Source: Thermoplasmatota archaeon
Lineage (GTDB): Archaea > Thermoplasmatota > Penumbrarchaeia > Penumbrarchaeales > Penumbrarchaeaceae
NCBI GenBank assembly: GCA_029762535.1
Contig: JARVGK010000002.1
Location: 64,001-128,000, forward strand
Length of the DNA: 64,000 nt
Reading direction: 5' to 3'
The notes beneath the pieces are model-generated. The model was given only the letters and a program-made list of their open reading frames with translations, did no database searches and was not told the DNA's origin. Both the position numbers and the translations under genes were made by a program. Positions 1-9,952 of the stretch are shown here, piece after piece; within the stretch, counting starts at the first letter, position 1, and every line of letters starts with the position of its first letter.

Positions 1-717
1 CTTTGTAGGCGTCCTGATGGATCGGAAATGCCCCCCTTTCTTCAGATGCTTTTTAGGATCCTTCATCTTGCCCACTGCATCGAAGATCGCATCGTATTCC
101 TTTGGGATCGCATCCTTGGTGTAGTCAAGGACATGGTCCGCACCCAGGGATCGGACCAGATCGATGTTATTAGTGGAACACACCCCGGTCACCTCAGCTC
201 CGTAGTTCTTTGCGATCTGGACGGCGTAGGATCCAACCGATCCGGAGGCCCCGTAGACGAGGACCTTCTGCCCCTTTCGGATGTCCATCCTCTTGATATT
301 GTAGAGGGCGGTCATCCCTCCCACGGGGATCGCAGCCGATTCCTCGAAGGAGAGGTTCTTGGGTTTGAGCATGACGACTCCCATCTTCCACCTCTCAGGG
401 ATGCAGACGTACTCCGCGTTGGCACCGTATGTCAGTCCTGTGGTGGTCCCGAAGAGCTCATCTCCCTTCTTGAAGAGAGTGACCCTGGACCCGGTGCTCT
501 CCACCGTTCCCGAGAACTCGATCCCGGGGACCTTCATCTTCTTGAAACCGAGGATCATTCCCATCGGAACGAGGACGATCGCGGGGATCTTTCTGAGGTT
601 CACATCACCTCTGGTGACCGTCGCTGCCTCCACTCTGACGAGGAGTTCATCGTATTTCGGGACCGGTTTGGGGACATCCTCGAGACGGAGGGGCCCTCGG
701 TTGACGATCGCTTTCAT
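1..717 (-). CDS. NAD(P)-dependent alcohol dehydrogenase / quinone oxidoreductase (MDR family), 3'-truncated by window edge
   Basis: Not in the ORF track because it runs off the window. Manual translation from ATG at 717 gives MKAIVNRGPLRLEDVPKPVPKYDELLVRV...VLVYGASGSVGSYAVQIAK...LGADHVLDY. Paralogous to 6765-7694. Confidence 0.85.
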   Translation of the reverse strand, partial: MKAIVNRGPLRLEDVPKPVPKYDELLVRVEAATVTRGDVNLRKIPAIVLVPMGMILGFKKMKVPGIEFSGTVESTGSRVTLFKKGDELFGTTTGLTYGANAEYVCIPERWKMGVVMLKPKNLSFEESAAIPVGGMTALYNIKRMDIRKGQKVLVYGASGSVGSYAVQIAKNYGAEVTGVCSTNNIDLVRSLGADHVLDYTKDAIPKEYDAIFDAVGKMKDPKKHLKKGGHFRSIRTPTK

Positions 718-772
718 CGGGAAACCATCATCATTCGCGGTTATTCAAATTTCTCTCCATATTTCACTTGTT

Positions 773-1456
773 TTACGGGTTCAGGTACGATGAGGCATTC
801 ACCAGGCGCTTGACGTCCCTTAGGCCAATCTTTCCCTTGAAGAACCTCTGGTCCACATTGACCATTTCAAGGTCCTTACACAGTTGTTCCGGATTCGCTT
901 CCGCTACCATCTTCGCGCTCTTGTACCCTGCCTCATAGAGCATCATCGCCGCCGTGGGATCGGTCCACTGGATCCTGGTGAGGTCGGAGAGGTGGGAGAG
1001 GGTCTCCTTCGTTTCGGGATCGATCCCGGGGAGATCTCCCTCCTGCAGGGTCTCATAGAGGTCCTGGGTGTTCTTGATCCCCTCCTTCTCCAATTTCCTG
1101 ATGACCTCCTCGTCCAGAATGGTGAAGGATCCGATGGGAAAAGGTTTGGGGAAGTAGCTCTCGATCTCCCTGCGGAGGAGGACCAGGTAATGTTCTTCGA
1201 TCCCGGTCTCCTTTGAGACCGCAGGGATCCTCTTCGCGTTCTTCAGGGCCTTCCTCAGATCGGAGAGGGTCCTGTATCCGTTCTCCTCCAGATTCGAGAA
1301 TTTCCCGTCGATCCCCTCCTTCAAGGAGGATCTGGAAGGGACTAAATCGGTATCATCGATCCTTTTTTTCAGGTCTCTAAGGGGGATCCGATCGTCGATG
1401 AAATACGACATGAGGGGGAGATCCATCGGGAATTCATTTCTTTTTCCATCAAACAT
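773..1456 (-). CDS. DUF4332-like helix-hairpin-helix domain protein
   Basis: C-terminal LSDLTRIQWTDPTAAMMLYEAGYKSAKMVAEANPEQL resembles DUF4332. Confidence 0.6.
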   Translation of the reverse strand: MFDGKRNEFPMDLPLMSYFIDDRIPLRDLKKRIDDTDLVPSRSSLKEGIDGKFSNLEENGYRTLSDLRKALKNAKRIPAVSKETGIEEHYLVLLRREIESYFPKPFPIGSFTILDEEVIRKLEKEGIKNTQDLYETLQEGDLPGIDPETKETLSHLSDLTRIQWTDPTAAMMLYEAGYKSAKMVAEANPEQLCKDLEMVNVDQRFFKGKIGLRDVKRLVNASSYLNP

Positions 1457-1584
1457 TTTCTGACCTTCAACCTATTTATTCTATTATTAGTTCCTTATTT
1501 TAGGGACAGAAAATCAAATTATGTCTTTTATAAAGGGACATAATAACGATAAAAATAAATAATAGGAAGCTACTAACTCCTGGC

Positions 1585-2922
1585 ATGGAACGATCCCTGG
1601 CGATCGACTTGATAAAAGAGTTCGAAGAGGAGGGTGTTCCAACAATGATTTTACGGGAGATCCCGACAATATCTCCGAAACAAGGAAGGTCGCTAACCGT
1701 CATTGGTCCGAGGAGAGCAGGAAAAACATACTTCATGTATGAAATGATCAACAGAGGATCTATACCAATTTCCGATCTCGTTTTCTTGGACCTGGAGGAT
1801 GATCGGATCTATCCACCGACCACAAAGGACATCGATGATTTCCTTCGGATACATGATGAGTTATACAGTTCCAGGGTCAATATGACCAGATATGTGTTCC
1901 TGGACGAGATCCAAAACGTAGATGGATGGGAAAGGTTTGTTAGAAGGATCATTAAAGAGAAACGGAACAGGGTTTTTTTAACGGGCTCTTCTTCCAGAAT
2001 GCTGGCTAAGGAGATCGCCACAGCGATGAGAGGGAGGTCCCTCTCTAATCTCGTTCTTCCGTTCTCGTTCAGGGAGTGTCTGGGAGCATGGAAAATTCCG
2101 ATAAGCGAAGATCCCTCACCCAAGAGCCGGACTCAGATAGTAGGTAAAATGGATGAGTACCTCGAATGCGGCGGTTTTCCGGATGTTGTTCAAGAAGATG
2201 AACCCAGAACTCGTGTCCGTATATTGAAGGAATATGTCGAAACGATGTTATTGCGAGATGTGATCGAGAGGAACAAGGTGACAGAGCCCCAGGCTCTGAG
2301 GGTTATCATGAACGGGCTCATTTCATCCTTTTCAAAGGAGGTTCCCTTGAAGAAATACCATGGATTCTTGAAGAGCATCGGGATCGGGGTCTCCAAGAAC
2401 AAGGTATACGAGTACTCCGAGTATTTGATGGAGGCTATGATGTTTTTCAAACTAAAGAAGATCGGAGGGGGTTATAGGACCGTGGAGGGATCTTTTCCCA
2501 AGGTGTATCTGATCGATAACGGGATGGCAACCCAGTATGGTATGAATTACAGAGAGAACAGAGGAAGGTTTTTCGAGAATGCATTGGCTCTTGAGTTCTT
2601 GAGAATGACAGGCTTCGATACGAGGATAAAGTTGGATTACTGGAAGGATACCTACGGGAGGGAGGTTGACTTTGTTCTCAAGACCGAAGGCAAGGTCCGA
2701 TTATTGGTTCAATCCTGTGTAAACCTCTCCGACCCTCAAACCGGAAAAAGAGAATTGGACTCTATTGTAAGAGCTTCCGAGCAGCTTCAATGTGATAACA
2801 TGTTGATCGTCACCCAGGATATGGATTCCAGTATCGAATGGAATGGGAAAACGGTCAGGGTGATCCCTTTATGGAGATATCTGATATCCGATCCTCAAGA
2901 TAGGATAAAGAGTCTGTTCTGA
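1585..2922 (+). CDS. AAA_14 ATPase with DUF4143 domain
   Basis: Walker A GPRRAGKT, Walker B VFLDEIQ, TGSSS, GGFP, KVYLIDNG, EVDFV. Confidence 0.9.
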   Translation: MERSLAIDLIKEFEEEGVPTMILREIPTISPKQGRSLTVIGPRRAGKTYFMYEMINRGSIPISDLVFLDLEDDRIYPPTTKDIDDFLRIHDELYSSRVNMTRYVFLDEIQNVDGWERFVRRIIKEKRNRVFLTGSSSRMLAKEIATAMRGRSLSNLVLPFSFRECLGAWKIPISEDPSPKSRTQIVGKMDEYLECGGFPDVVQEDEPRTRVRILKEYVETMLLRDVIERNKVTEPQALRVIMNGLISSFSKEVPLKKYHGFLKSIGIGVSKNKVYEYSEYLMEAMMFFKLKKIGGGYRTVEGSFPKVYLIDNGMATQYGMNYRENRGRFFENALALEFLRMTGFDTRIKLDYWKDTYGREVDFVLKTEGKVRLLVQSCVNLSDPQTGKRELDSIVRASEQLQCDNMLIVTQDMDSSIEWNGKTVRVIPLWRYLISDPQDRIKSLF

Positions 2923-2924
2923 TA

Positions 2925-3048
2925 ACGTTAGATTGTCCCTCTCTAGGTCCCGTCAGAGTGTGTCCGGATCGGCCGATGCTACCGACCTGTCATCCTCGTA
3001 ACCTTCTTCCAAGAACATCAGGGCCGCCATGGGTTTGGTCCACTGGAT
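2925..3048 (-). pseudogene. Fragment of a DUF4332-like paralog with an internal stop
   Basis: Manual translation IQWTKPMAALMFLEEGYEDDRSVASADPDTL*RDLE aligns with IQWTDPTAAMMLYEAGYKSAKMVAEANPEQLCKDLE of 773-1456. Confidence 0.65.
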
Positions 3049-3056
3049 ATTGTTAT

Positions 3057-4292
3057 TTATTTTGATATTCTCAACCTTACCTTCTCCAGAGGATACCAGG
3101 TTGCCTTCTCGGTGATGATCTCCTTGTATTCATGCCATAAATTCATAAACCCGTGGATCCGTTCCTCTGAAGGGAAATCGGAAGAACAATATCTGGGTGT
3201 CATCCAGTCCGGGACGATTCCTACATAATCGATCCCTTTGAGCATACGAAGGATCTCATGTGACTCGTGTAATTCAAAAGGAATACCATGCTTATTCAAT
3301 GCTAAGGCCATTTTCACAGTCTCAAGAACCCTGACCCTGCTCGATCCGACAAGGGTAAGGCGCCAGCCATCATTCTCCCTGTGAACGTAAAGAGAGATAT
3401 GTGTGGAGTTGCCGCCGCTACATATCTCAAAAGGATGTCCACCGCAATGGGATCCGTGATGATGCCATTCCAGGAACGCTTCTTCTGAGTCAAGATCGAT
3501 CTCGCCCAGGCCGCAGTCCCTCCCGTCGGCCATGACCCGATACATCTCTCTAGCGGTCATGTTGGGTCCGGTGACCCTTTCGTATCCATTGGCAAGATAA
3601 CAGATCCTGCATATGTCGTAGAAGGATCCCGCGGTCATCTTTTCAATGGTTTTGATCGGTTCTGAGATGATCCCCTCGAGTTTCTCGATGTCTTTATCGG
3701 AGAGATCCCCTCGGACCTGGTCCCGCTCTTTGGGGAACACCTCCCACAGATCGCTCCTCAGGACCTTGCCGAATCTCTTTTCATGGGGAAGTTTCTCCTC
3801 GACGTATTTGTTGTAACCCTCTTCATCAGAAACCAGTTTGTCCATGGTCTCTTCGGCTTTGGAACGGATCCAGAGAAGAAGTTCTCTCGGGATCTTTCCA
3901 ATCTTATTCTCATCGACGGGGATCCCCGTCTGGAAATAGGTATCAGGACCAATTGTGAAGTAGTAATTCTCCTGATATTTCGATTGGTTGAACCTGTACC
4001 ACTTGGTTGGGTTCGGATAGTATCCTTGCCATAGTTCTATGAAATCATCGTGGTCATCCACCTCCCCATCCTCCAAGTATTCATTATAATCACCGAAGTC
4101 AGCGATGTCCCCTCTTGGAGCCTCGAACCATACCTTTCTGGTCTCATCGTCATCCTGGACCTCTATCCTCTCCATTGTTTCGATGATTGGTCTGATCAGT
4201 TCTAAGATATTCTTATCCACGATGCCGATCCCTTTTTCGGTGGATTCTATCAACCTGTCGATTCTGGGGGCGGACAATTCGATTCGTTTCAT
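3057..4292 (-). CDS. Conserved hypothetical protein (411 aa)
   Basis: Long ORF with motifs ADGRDCGL and GGHPFEICSGGNSTHISL; family not recognised. Confidence 0.7.
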   Translation of the reverse strand: MKRIELSAPRIDRLIESTEKGIGIVDKNILELIRPIIETMERIEVQDDDETRKVWFEAPRGDIADFGDYNEYLEDGEVDDHDDFIELWQGYYPNPTKWYRFNQSKYQENYYFTIGPDTYFQTGIPVDENKIGKIPRELLLWIRSKAEETMDKLVSDEEGYNKYVEEKLPHEKRFGKVLRSDLWEVFPKERDQVRGDLSDKDIEKLEGIISEPIKTIEKMTAGSFYDICRICYLANGYERVTGPNMTAREMYRVMADGRDCGLGEIDLDSEEAFLEWHHHGSHCGGHPFEICSGGNSTHISLYVHRENDGWRLTLVGSSRVRVLETVKMALALNKHGIPFELHESHEILRMLKGIDYVGIVPDWMTPRYCSSDFPSEERIHGFMNLWHEYKEIITEKATWYPLEKVRLRISK

Positions 4293-4400
4293 TCATCATC
4301 GGATGTATTAACCTATTTATTCATATTTCGAATTAAATTCAGTTTTTTTTAAGAGTAGTTTGTAAAAAAAAACTCAGAGAAAGTGGATTTTTAACGGTTA

Positions 4401-4541
4401 CTATTTTCTTATCTTCCGATGCCCTATGATCGATCCGATCACGATCCCTATCCCAGCACCCATTCCTGTAAAAAGGGGGGCCATGATGAAGTTGGTGAGG
4501 ATCAACCCTAGACTGAAGCCCAAGGCAAGTCCAAGGATCAT
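4401..4541 (-). CDS. Small glycine-rich membrane protein (46 aa), possibly an N-truncated remnant
   Basis: Manual translation MILGLALGFSLGLILTNFIMAPLFTGMGAGIGIVIGSIIGHRKIRK; an in-frame TAA lies just upstream. Confidence 0.4.
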   Translation of the reverse strand: MILGLALGFSLGLILTNFIMAPLFTGMGAGIGIVIGSIIGHRKIRK

Positions 4542-4608
4542 GCAGATCCCAACCCACTTGGATTACTCGTTCCTCCGGCGCCGGTTCACGGAAGTATCAT
4601 GGTCTGTA

Positions 4609-5442
4609 TCATATTTTTTCGTTGAGGCTGAGTTTGTAAAAGGGCATGCGCCTTATCTCCTCGAAGCCGAGCTTCAGGGCCAGATTGTAGGATCCGGTGT
4701 TCTCCAGTCTGCACGACCAGACCGGGGTCAGGTCATTGTCCAGACAATGTTCTATGAACCTGATGGAGACGAGCTCTGCAAAGCCCCGGTTCCGGTATCG
4801 TGCATCTGTCTCTATCCCGATCTCGATGAGATCGCCGTGCACCCAGGCCGTGTACGACCAGGCGACGATGTCCTCGTCTTTGATTATGCAGAACCCGATC
4901 CCCCTTCTGAGGAAGTCCCCGGAGTTGTCCCAGAAGGACTTTGGAATGACCGTCCCCTCGATGGAGTCGAAGAGGTCCGATCCGATGTCCACGATCCTGA
5001 AACCTGCCGGGAGCGGTCTCTTTTTGTTCCGGATGTACTCTCGGAACCGATCCTCGTGGAAGCTGAAGTTCACCCTGTGGTGTAGTTCGATGTTCCTTCT
5101 ATCGTATGGTTCCTGGGGCGGGACCAGGCGGGATCCGAGTAGGGTCTTGATCCTGTTATTCCAGTGATCCGGGTGGACCTGCATCCACTCGTAGGAGCTG
5201 TGGGTGGTCCTTTTTCCAAACATGTACTCAATGAGATGCTGTTCAAACTCCTCGTTGGGATCCCCCACGAGGAGGGAGAGCCCGTAGGGATGGAGGATGT
5301 AGAATGTTGTCGGTCTCTCGATGGAGTTGGTGTAGACCTTCCCGGTGAGATGACCTACGAGGACAGCTTTCGCGAAGTAGGTGTCGAAGGGGACCTGGTC
5401 CAGGTCCACTTCGTGGTATTTATCCGGAGGGAGGACGATCAT
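4609..5442 (-). CDS. GNAT family N-acetyltransferase
   Basis: IEIGIETDARYRNRGFA acetyl-CoA motif; PVWSC and NTGSYNLALKLGF. Confidence 0.85.
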   Translation of the reverse strand: MIVLPPDKYHEVDLDQVPFDTYFAKAVLVGHLTGKVYTNSIERPTTFYILHPYGLSLLVGDPNEEFEQHLIEYMFGKRTTHSSYEWMQVHPDHWNNRIKTLLGSRLVPPQEPYDRRNIELHHRVNFSFHEDRFREYIRNKKRPLPAGFRIVDIGSDLFDSIEGTVIPKSFWDNSGDFLRRGIGFCIIKDEDIVAWSYTAWVHGDLIEIGIETDARYRNRGFAELVSIRFIEHCLDNDLTPVWSCRLENTGSYNLALKLGFEEIRRMPFYKLSLNEKI

Positions 5443-5528
5443 CGATCGTCCAGGATATCATCCAAGGAGATAATCCCAGCGGAGGCAATGTGAAGGAAGA
5501 GGCCGGGATCGACTCCGCCTCCCGGCCG

Positions 5529-6017
5529 TCATCCAACCAGTGAGAAGGCGAACTTCTCAGCGTTGGCGAGGTCTTCCTGGTCCGGATGTCCTCGGTTTAA
5601 GCCTCCGAACGCCTTGAGGAAGGAGTTGGTGTTCCACCCGCGGCAACCGAACTCCCCGGCGATGACGAACCCTTTCGATTCCAGGATGGTCCTCAGTTTC
5701 GAATGGTTGCTTTTTATGAACTCATCGTTCATTGCGATCGTGGGGGCACCTGTTGTTGTGAATAGGAAGGCTCTCTTGTTCTGGACTTGAGGGATCCTCT
5801 TGGCCAGTTCTATTATCGAGGGATCGTGCTGGGCGGAATAGACCCCCGATCCGAACCCGACGAGATCGTATTCCTTTAAAGATGAGGGATCGATCTCCGA
5901 GGGTTTCACGATCTCAGCTTTCAGGACCTTCGCCATCGCTTGGGCGATCTTCTCCGTATTCCTGTGATGGTATGATACCAGGACGATCAATGACCGCGCG
6001 TTCCTTGATTGGACCAT
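5529..6017 (-). CDS. Flavodoxin family protein
   Basis: SYHHRNTEKIA, YDLVGFGSGVY, AFLFTTTG, GEFGCRG. Confidence 0.85.
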   Translation of the reverse strand: MVQSRNARSLIVLVSYHHRNTEKIAQAMAKVLKAEIVKPSEIDPSSLKEYDLVGFGSGVYSAQHDPSIIELAKRIPQVQNKRAFLFTTTGAPTIAMNDEFIKSNHSKLRTILESKGFVIAGEFGCRGWNTNSFLKAFGGLNRGHPDQEDLANAEKFAFSLVG

Positions 6018-6035
6018 TATATCACCATCCAGATG

Positions 6036-6656
6036 CTATGCCTTTAGTAAAATGACGAAGAACGAGGATGACACCCCGACCTTTTGGCGGCATCTGTCGA
6101 TCTCCAAACGGTCCTTTTCCATCTCTTCGATCAGTTCGGGGTCCGACGGTCGCATCTCCATAATATCGATCAACAGTCTCTCTATCTTCAAGAAATAACT
6201 CTCATACCAGATATCTTCCGAAAGTTCGATGAGCCCCAGTATCAAATAACCCGCATCGATGGCGGACGCGATCTTTGCACCTCTGTCTCGATCCTCATCA
6301 TGCACGACGAGAACGCCGCCCTTTCTTAGGAATCGTCCCCATTCCCGGATGCTCCTTTGGAATCCCATCACGAAAACGGTCCCTTCCGACCAGATGATGT
6401 CATAGGACCCTTCCGGGAATACCATATCATCGATGGATCCCTGAATTATGGTTATCCTGTGAACCAGGCCAGCTTCCGCCACCTTTCTTCGAAGGAGTTC
6501 GAGTGCTCTTCCGTCCAGGTCGATCGAGTCTATGGTACCGTCGCAAAGACGGGCCAACTCCATCGTGGGGACCCCGGACCCGCAACCCACGTCCAGTATT
6601 CTAGGGGAATCCATGTGGGGTACATACGAGAACGCCCTCCTCGTGTATTCGCTCAA
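6036..6656 (-). CDS. Class I SAM-dependent methyltransferase
   Basis: ILDVGCGSG motif I, YDIIWSEG. Confidence 0.85.
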   Translation of the reverse strand: MSEYTRRAFSYVPHMDSPRILDVGCGSGVPTMELARLCDGTIDSIDLDGRALELLRRKVAEAGLVHRITIIQGSIDDMVFPEGSYDIIWSEGTVFVMGFQRSIREWGRFLRKGGVLVVHDEDRDRGAKIASAIDAGYLILGLIELSEDIWYESYFLKIERLLIDIMEMRPSDPELIEEMEKDRLEIDRCRQKVGVSSSFFVILLKA

Positions 6657-6764
6657 TCCTTCGCGTATTCTTTCCTTGAGTTCAAGGTAATCGTCACATC
6701 CGATCCCTCGAACAGGATCGGTTTCCGGTTTGAGTCCTTCGTTGATAGGATCACATCCAATTGT

Positions 6765-7694
6765 TCATACCATCCTGATCGCCACGTTGCCTCGCTTATG
6801 CCCCTGATCGACGTAACGATGGGCCTCCACTATTTGTTCCAGGGTATAGGTCCGGTCTATGAACGGCCGGATCCCTCCGGAGGAGACGATCCCTGCCAAC
6901 TCGGTTAGGAGCGATCCGATGTTGTACTTCTTGATCTTGTTGGAGGAGGTGTCGGAGTTGAGGTGGATGCCTCCTTCCTTCAGGGCTTTTTTTGCCATGT
7001 TCTTTGGTATCTTACCCACCGCATCGAAGACCACGTCGTATCGCTTGGGGTTCGTGGTGAAGTCCTCCTTCTGGTAGTCGATAACATGGTCCGCTCCCAG
7101 GGATCGGACCATCTCCATGTTCTTTCCGGAGCAGACCGCGGTGACTATCGCTCCCTCGGCCTTTGCCAGCTGGATCGAGATGGATCCGAGACTGCCCGAT
7201 GCCCCGTAGATGAGGATCTCCTGGCCTTTCTTTAGATAGGCCTGTTTGAGGATCCCCAGGGCTGTGACCCCTCCCGAAGGGATGACCGCGGCCTCTTCGA
7301 ATGAGAGCTTTTTTGGTTTCTTTGTCACAGGACCGTTCTGGGGCATGGTCTTGTACTCGGCGTATCCTCCGAAACCGTTGAAGACGGTTGTTGCCATGAC
7401 CTCGTCCCCGGCCTGGAACCTGGTCACTTTTTCTCCTGTGGATTCGACGATCCCGGAGAGTTCCATCCCAAGGACCTTCTTTCTGGGTCTGGTTGATCCA
7501 AGGTATAGCCTCGCCAGGACCTTTGTGATCCAGGGGCCTGGAATATCCAGACCCCGCATCCGGGAATCTCCCCTGTGGACGGATGTGGCTTTTACCTTGA
7601 TGAGGATCTCATCGTCCTTTGGCAATGGTTTTGGCATCCGCTCCATCCGGAGGACCTCAGGAGGGCCGTAGGATGAACATACTATCGCTTTCAT
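6765..7694 (-). CDS. NAD(P)-dependent alcohol dehydrogenase / quinone oxidoreductase (MDR family)
   Basis: MKAIVCSSYGPPEVL, IYGASGSLG, AHRYVDQGHKRGNV. Confidence 0.9.
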   Translation of the reverse strand: MKAIVCSSYGPPEVLRMERMPKPLPKDDEILIKVKATSVHRGDSRMRGLDIPGPWITKVLARLYLGSTRPRKKVLGMELSGIVESTGEKVTRFQAGDEVMATTVFNGFGGYAEYKTMPQNGPVTKKPKKLSFEEAAVIPSGGVTALGILKQAYLKKGQEILIYGASGSLGSISIQLAKAEGAIVTAVCSGKNMEMVRSLGADHVIDYQKEDFTTNPKRYDVVFDAVGKIPKNMAKKALKEGGIHLNSDTSSNKIKKYNIGSLLTELAGIVSSGGIRPFIDRTYTLEQIVEAHRYVDQGHKRGNVAIRMV

Positions 7695-7945
7695 CCTTTC
7701 TCACCATCGTCCAAGAAACAATCGTCACATTCCCAATATTCTCCCTCATGATAGCTTCCTGTCCATTCAACAACAGGGACATTATCGAGTACCTTGGAAT
7801 TACCTATCCGAACATATTCTCCCTTGCCGCAAGGGGCACGTATACGTCCGAAAAAGTGACCTCCGGAGTATTCGCCATTTTCCTTGATATGAACGATGAT
7901 CTCCTTTCCGCATATCGAGCAATTCTTATTTATCGATCTTTCCAT
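7691..7945 (-). CDS. Small zinc-ribbon-like hypothetical protein
   Basis: CSIC...YWECDDC; probable start MERSINK behind a GGGG Shine-Dalgarno-like run. Confidence 0.5.
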   Translation of the reverse strand: MERSINKNCSICGKEIIVHIKENGEYSGGHFFGRIRAPCGKGEYVRIGNSKVLDNVPVVEWTGSYHEGEYWECDDCFLDDGEKG

Positions 7946-8176
7946 GGTCAGCCCCCAGAAAGGTGCTATTCCGATGTGATAATGGATGGAACGACCATTC
8001 ATTCTACACCTATATATGCTGGTCGATCAGGATCCGATCGGGAGCGGTCAGTGTGATGATCGGAGATAGAATAATTGGGGATCGGTCCGATCGTTCTGAT
8101 CCAGCACTGGTCCGGGGGCATACCGGGATAGTTATTGTTCTTTGGTTACTTCACGCTCATTTTTCCCTGGAAAGGT

Positions 8177-8557
8177 TCAATTCAAAGCAACAATAAGGCT
8201 CGCAATAAGAGAAAGAGCGGTGACCGGAGCCCATATCCTCTCGATCCTGCTGGGGGTTATCGTGTTCATGATGGTTCCCACCACTGTGAAGAGGACCACG
8301 GCCCAGATGGCATATCTAGAGAATGTGTAGAGGGAGGGCAGGACAAGTTCCGCCCGGGCAAGAACGATGACGATCAGGGCTGCCAGTATAAACATATTGG
8401 ATACTGCCACGATCCTCATCTTCGGAGGATACTTCCCGGGGTATTTTCCTCCCATGGAGGCAGATCCCCATGGGGCGCCCAGAACTAGTGCTCCCTGAAA
8501 AAGGATCACGATCCCGATAAGGAAGGTGAAGATTATTGCGGATATCGTTGCGATCAT
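8177..8557 (-). CDS. Integral membrane protein (4 TM)
   Basis: Hydrophobic segments; LGAPWGSASMGGKYPG and SRIERIWAP motifs. Confidence 0.7.
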   Translation of the reverse strand: MIATISAIIFTFLIGIVILFQGALVLGAPWGSASMGGKYPGKYPPKMRIVAVSNMFILAALIVIVLARAELVLPSLYTFSRYAIWAVVLFTVVGTIMNTITPSRIERIWAPVTALSLIASLIVALN

Positions 8558-8566
8558 GATCTTACC

Positions 8567-9019
8567 CTATCCGAAGGATCTCCCTTTGGTCTCTATAAGG
8601 TTCTTGAACGTTTCCAGTTCGGATCGGGATTGTTTGATCATCTTTCTCTTCATCAAAGGGAGGAGCAGGTTCAAAGGGAACCTTGTTCCCTTCCCTGACC
8701 AGGTCAATGTCATCGAGGTTTTTTTTCCCAAGGGTTTCAGAATCGTCTCAACTTGAGCAATAATGACATCACCCTTAACTCGGGATAAATATCTCTTACC
8801 TGGTTCGCATTCGATAAGTCGATCCTCCATGACATATGGTCTCCCCTTCTGCGTGTAGTGGAGAAGGCCCACGGAACCGACCTCCCCAGGTTTACCGTTT
8901 ATTACTTCGAACCTTTCCAGATCCCTCTGCCAGTAAGGGAAATTGGTTGGATCCATCAGGGCTTCGACAACGATCCCTGCGGGTTTGTTTATAGTGGTAT
9001 TTACGGTGAATTTTAACAT
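8567..9019 (-). CDS. SRPBCC/START-like domain protein
   Basis: TTINKPAGIVVEALMDPTNFPYW N-terminus and ELETFKNLIE C-terminal helix. Confidence 0.75.
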   Translation of the reverse strand: MLKFTVNTTINKPAGIVVEALMDPTNFPYWQRDLERFEVINGKPGEVGSVGLLHYTQKGRPYVMEDRLIECEPGKRYLSRVKGDVIIAQVETILKPLGKKTSMTLTWSGKGTRFPLNLLLPLMKRKMIKQSRSELETFKNLIETKGRSFG

Positions 9020-9218
9020 ATCGTTCCCCTCTTGAAAGGTTTCAAGGTAAAACAGGTGTTATCGGCGGTATTTTCGATATGGTCGATCCATATCAATGCC
9101 AACATATAGGTGTTTCGATCGAAAAAGAGGATGGTTGAGTACAGGAGGGGGGCCCGCCTCCAGCGCGGCAACCACTCCGGTTCTTTGAATTCCTCTGAAA
9201 TTCCCTTCCACCACTTTA

Positions 9219-9401
9219 TCATTTCAAAGCGTTCACGAGTTTGCTGTATTGGCCTTTTGTCAAAAAGATCCTGACCTGGCCAGGTACCGCGTCTTTCGAG
9301 AGGTTCGCCCGAAAGTCGCGATCCCATCTCAGGACCTTTTTCGTCCTGGCATCGATGTCGATGTAGTATCTGATCTCTTTATCGTCTTCCATGAATTTCA
9401 C
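9219..9401 (-). CDS. Small hypothetical protein
   Basis: 60-aa ORF co-oriented and tightly packed with its neighbours. Confidence 0.4.
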   Translation of the reverse strand: MKFMEDDKEIRYYIDIDARTKKVLRWDRDFRANLSKDAVPGQVRIFLTKGQYSKLVNALK

Positions 9402-9419
9402 CGGTCAATGAGCAATTAA

Positions 9420-9890
9420 TTACAGTTCCATCCTCATCCGGACCATGTCCCTGCACTCGATCCCGTTCTCGAATATCCTCTCCTTGTAATGGATCCGGAA
9501 GTGGTCGGGTTCGACTCCGATGATCCTGAAACCGCATTTCTGATACAGGAGCATCTGGATGGCACCTGGATTCCCGGTCCCGATCTCTAACGTCTTGATC
9601 CCGTCATTTTTGGATCGTTCGATGGCCTGTAGGATCAGGGCCTTCCCGATCCCTCGGTTATGATGGTCCTCCTGGACCGAGACGTTGATGATCTCTCTTG
9701 TTAGAGGTCTGGTATCGATCATAATTATTACCCCGAGGATCCTATCTTTCTCTTTATGGACATAGCATATGCTCCTGTCGAGATAGCTATCGATCATCTC
9801 CTCCGAAGGGTCCGCCAGCATCAAGAGGTCTTTTGGTATTATGGATTTGTCGCACACTTCTTCGATCATTGGTATTACCTCGTTATTCAT
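9420..9890 (-). CDS. GNAT family N-acetyltransferase
   Basis: LMLADPSEEMIDSYL, VSVQEDHHNRGIGKAL, LYQKCGFRI. Confidence 0.9.
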   Translation of the reverse strand: MNNEVIPMIEEVCDKSIIPKDLLMLADPSEEMIDSYLDRSICYVHKEKDRILGVIIMIDTRPLTREIINVSVQEDHHNRGIGKALILQAIERSKNDGIKTLEIGTGNPGAIQMLLYQKCGFRIIGVEPDHFRIHYKERIFENGIECRDMVRMRMEL

Positions 9891-9952
9891 CTATTCCGAA
9901 AAGAAGATTCGGTTTTGACCCGAATCTTCTTGAGTTCGATTTACCCCCTTGT

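Noticed and set aside
28-813. Plus-strand 261-aa ORF and similar long shadow ORFs (e.g. 4426-5085, 43605-44516, 47962-48687, 56781-57626)
   Set aside because: They are antisense shadows of well-supported genes on the opposite strand in GC-rich coding DNA.
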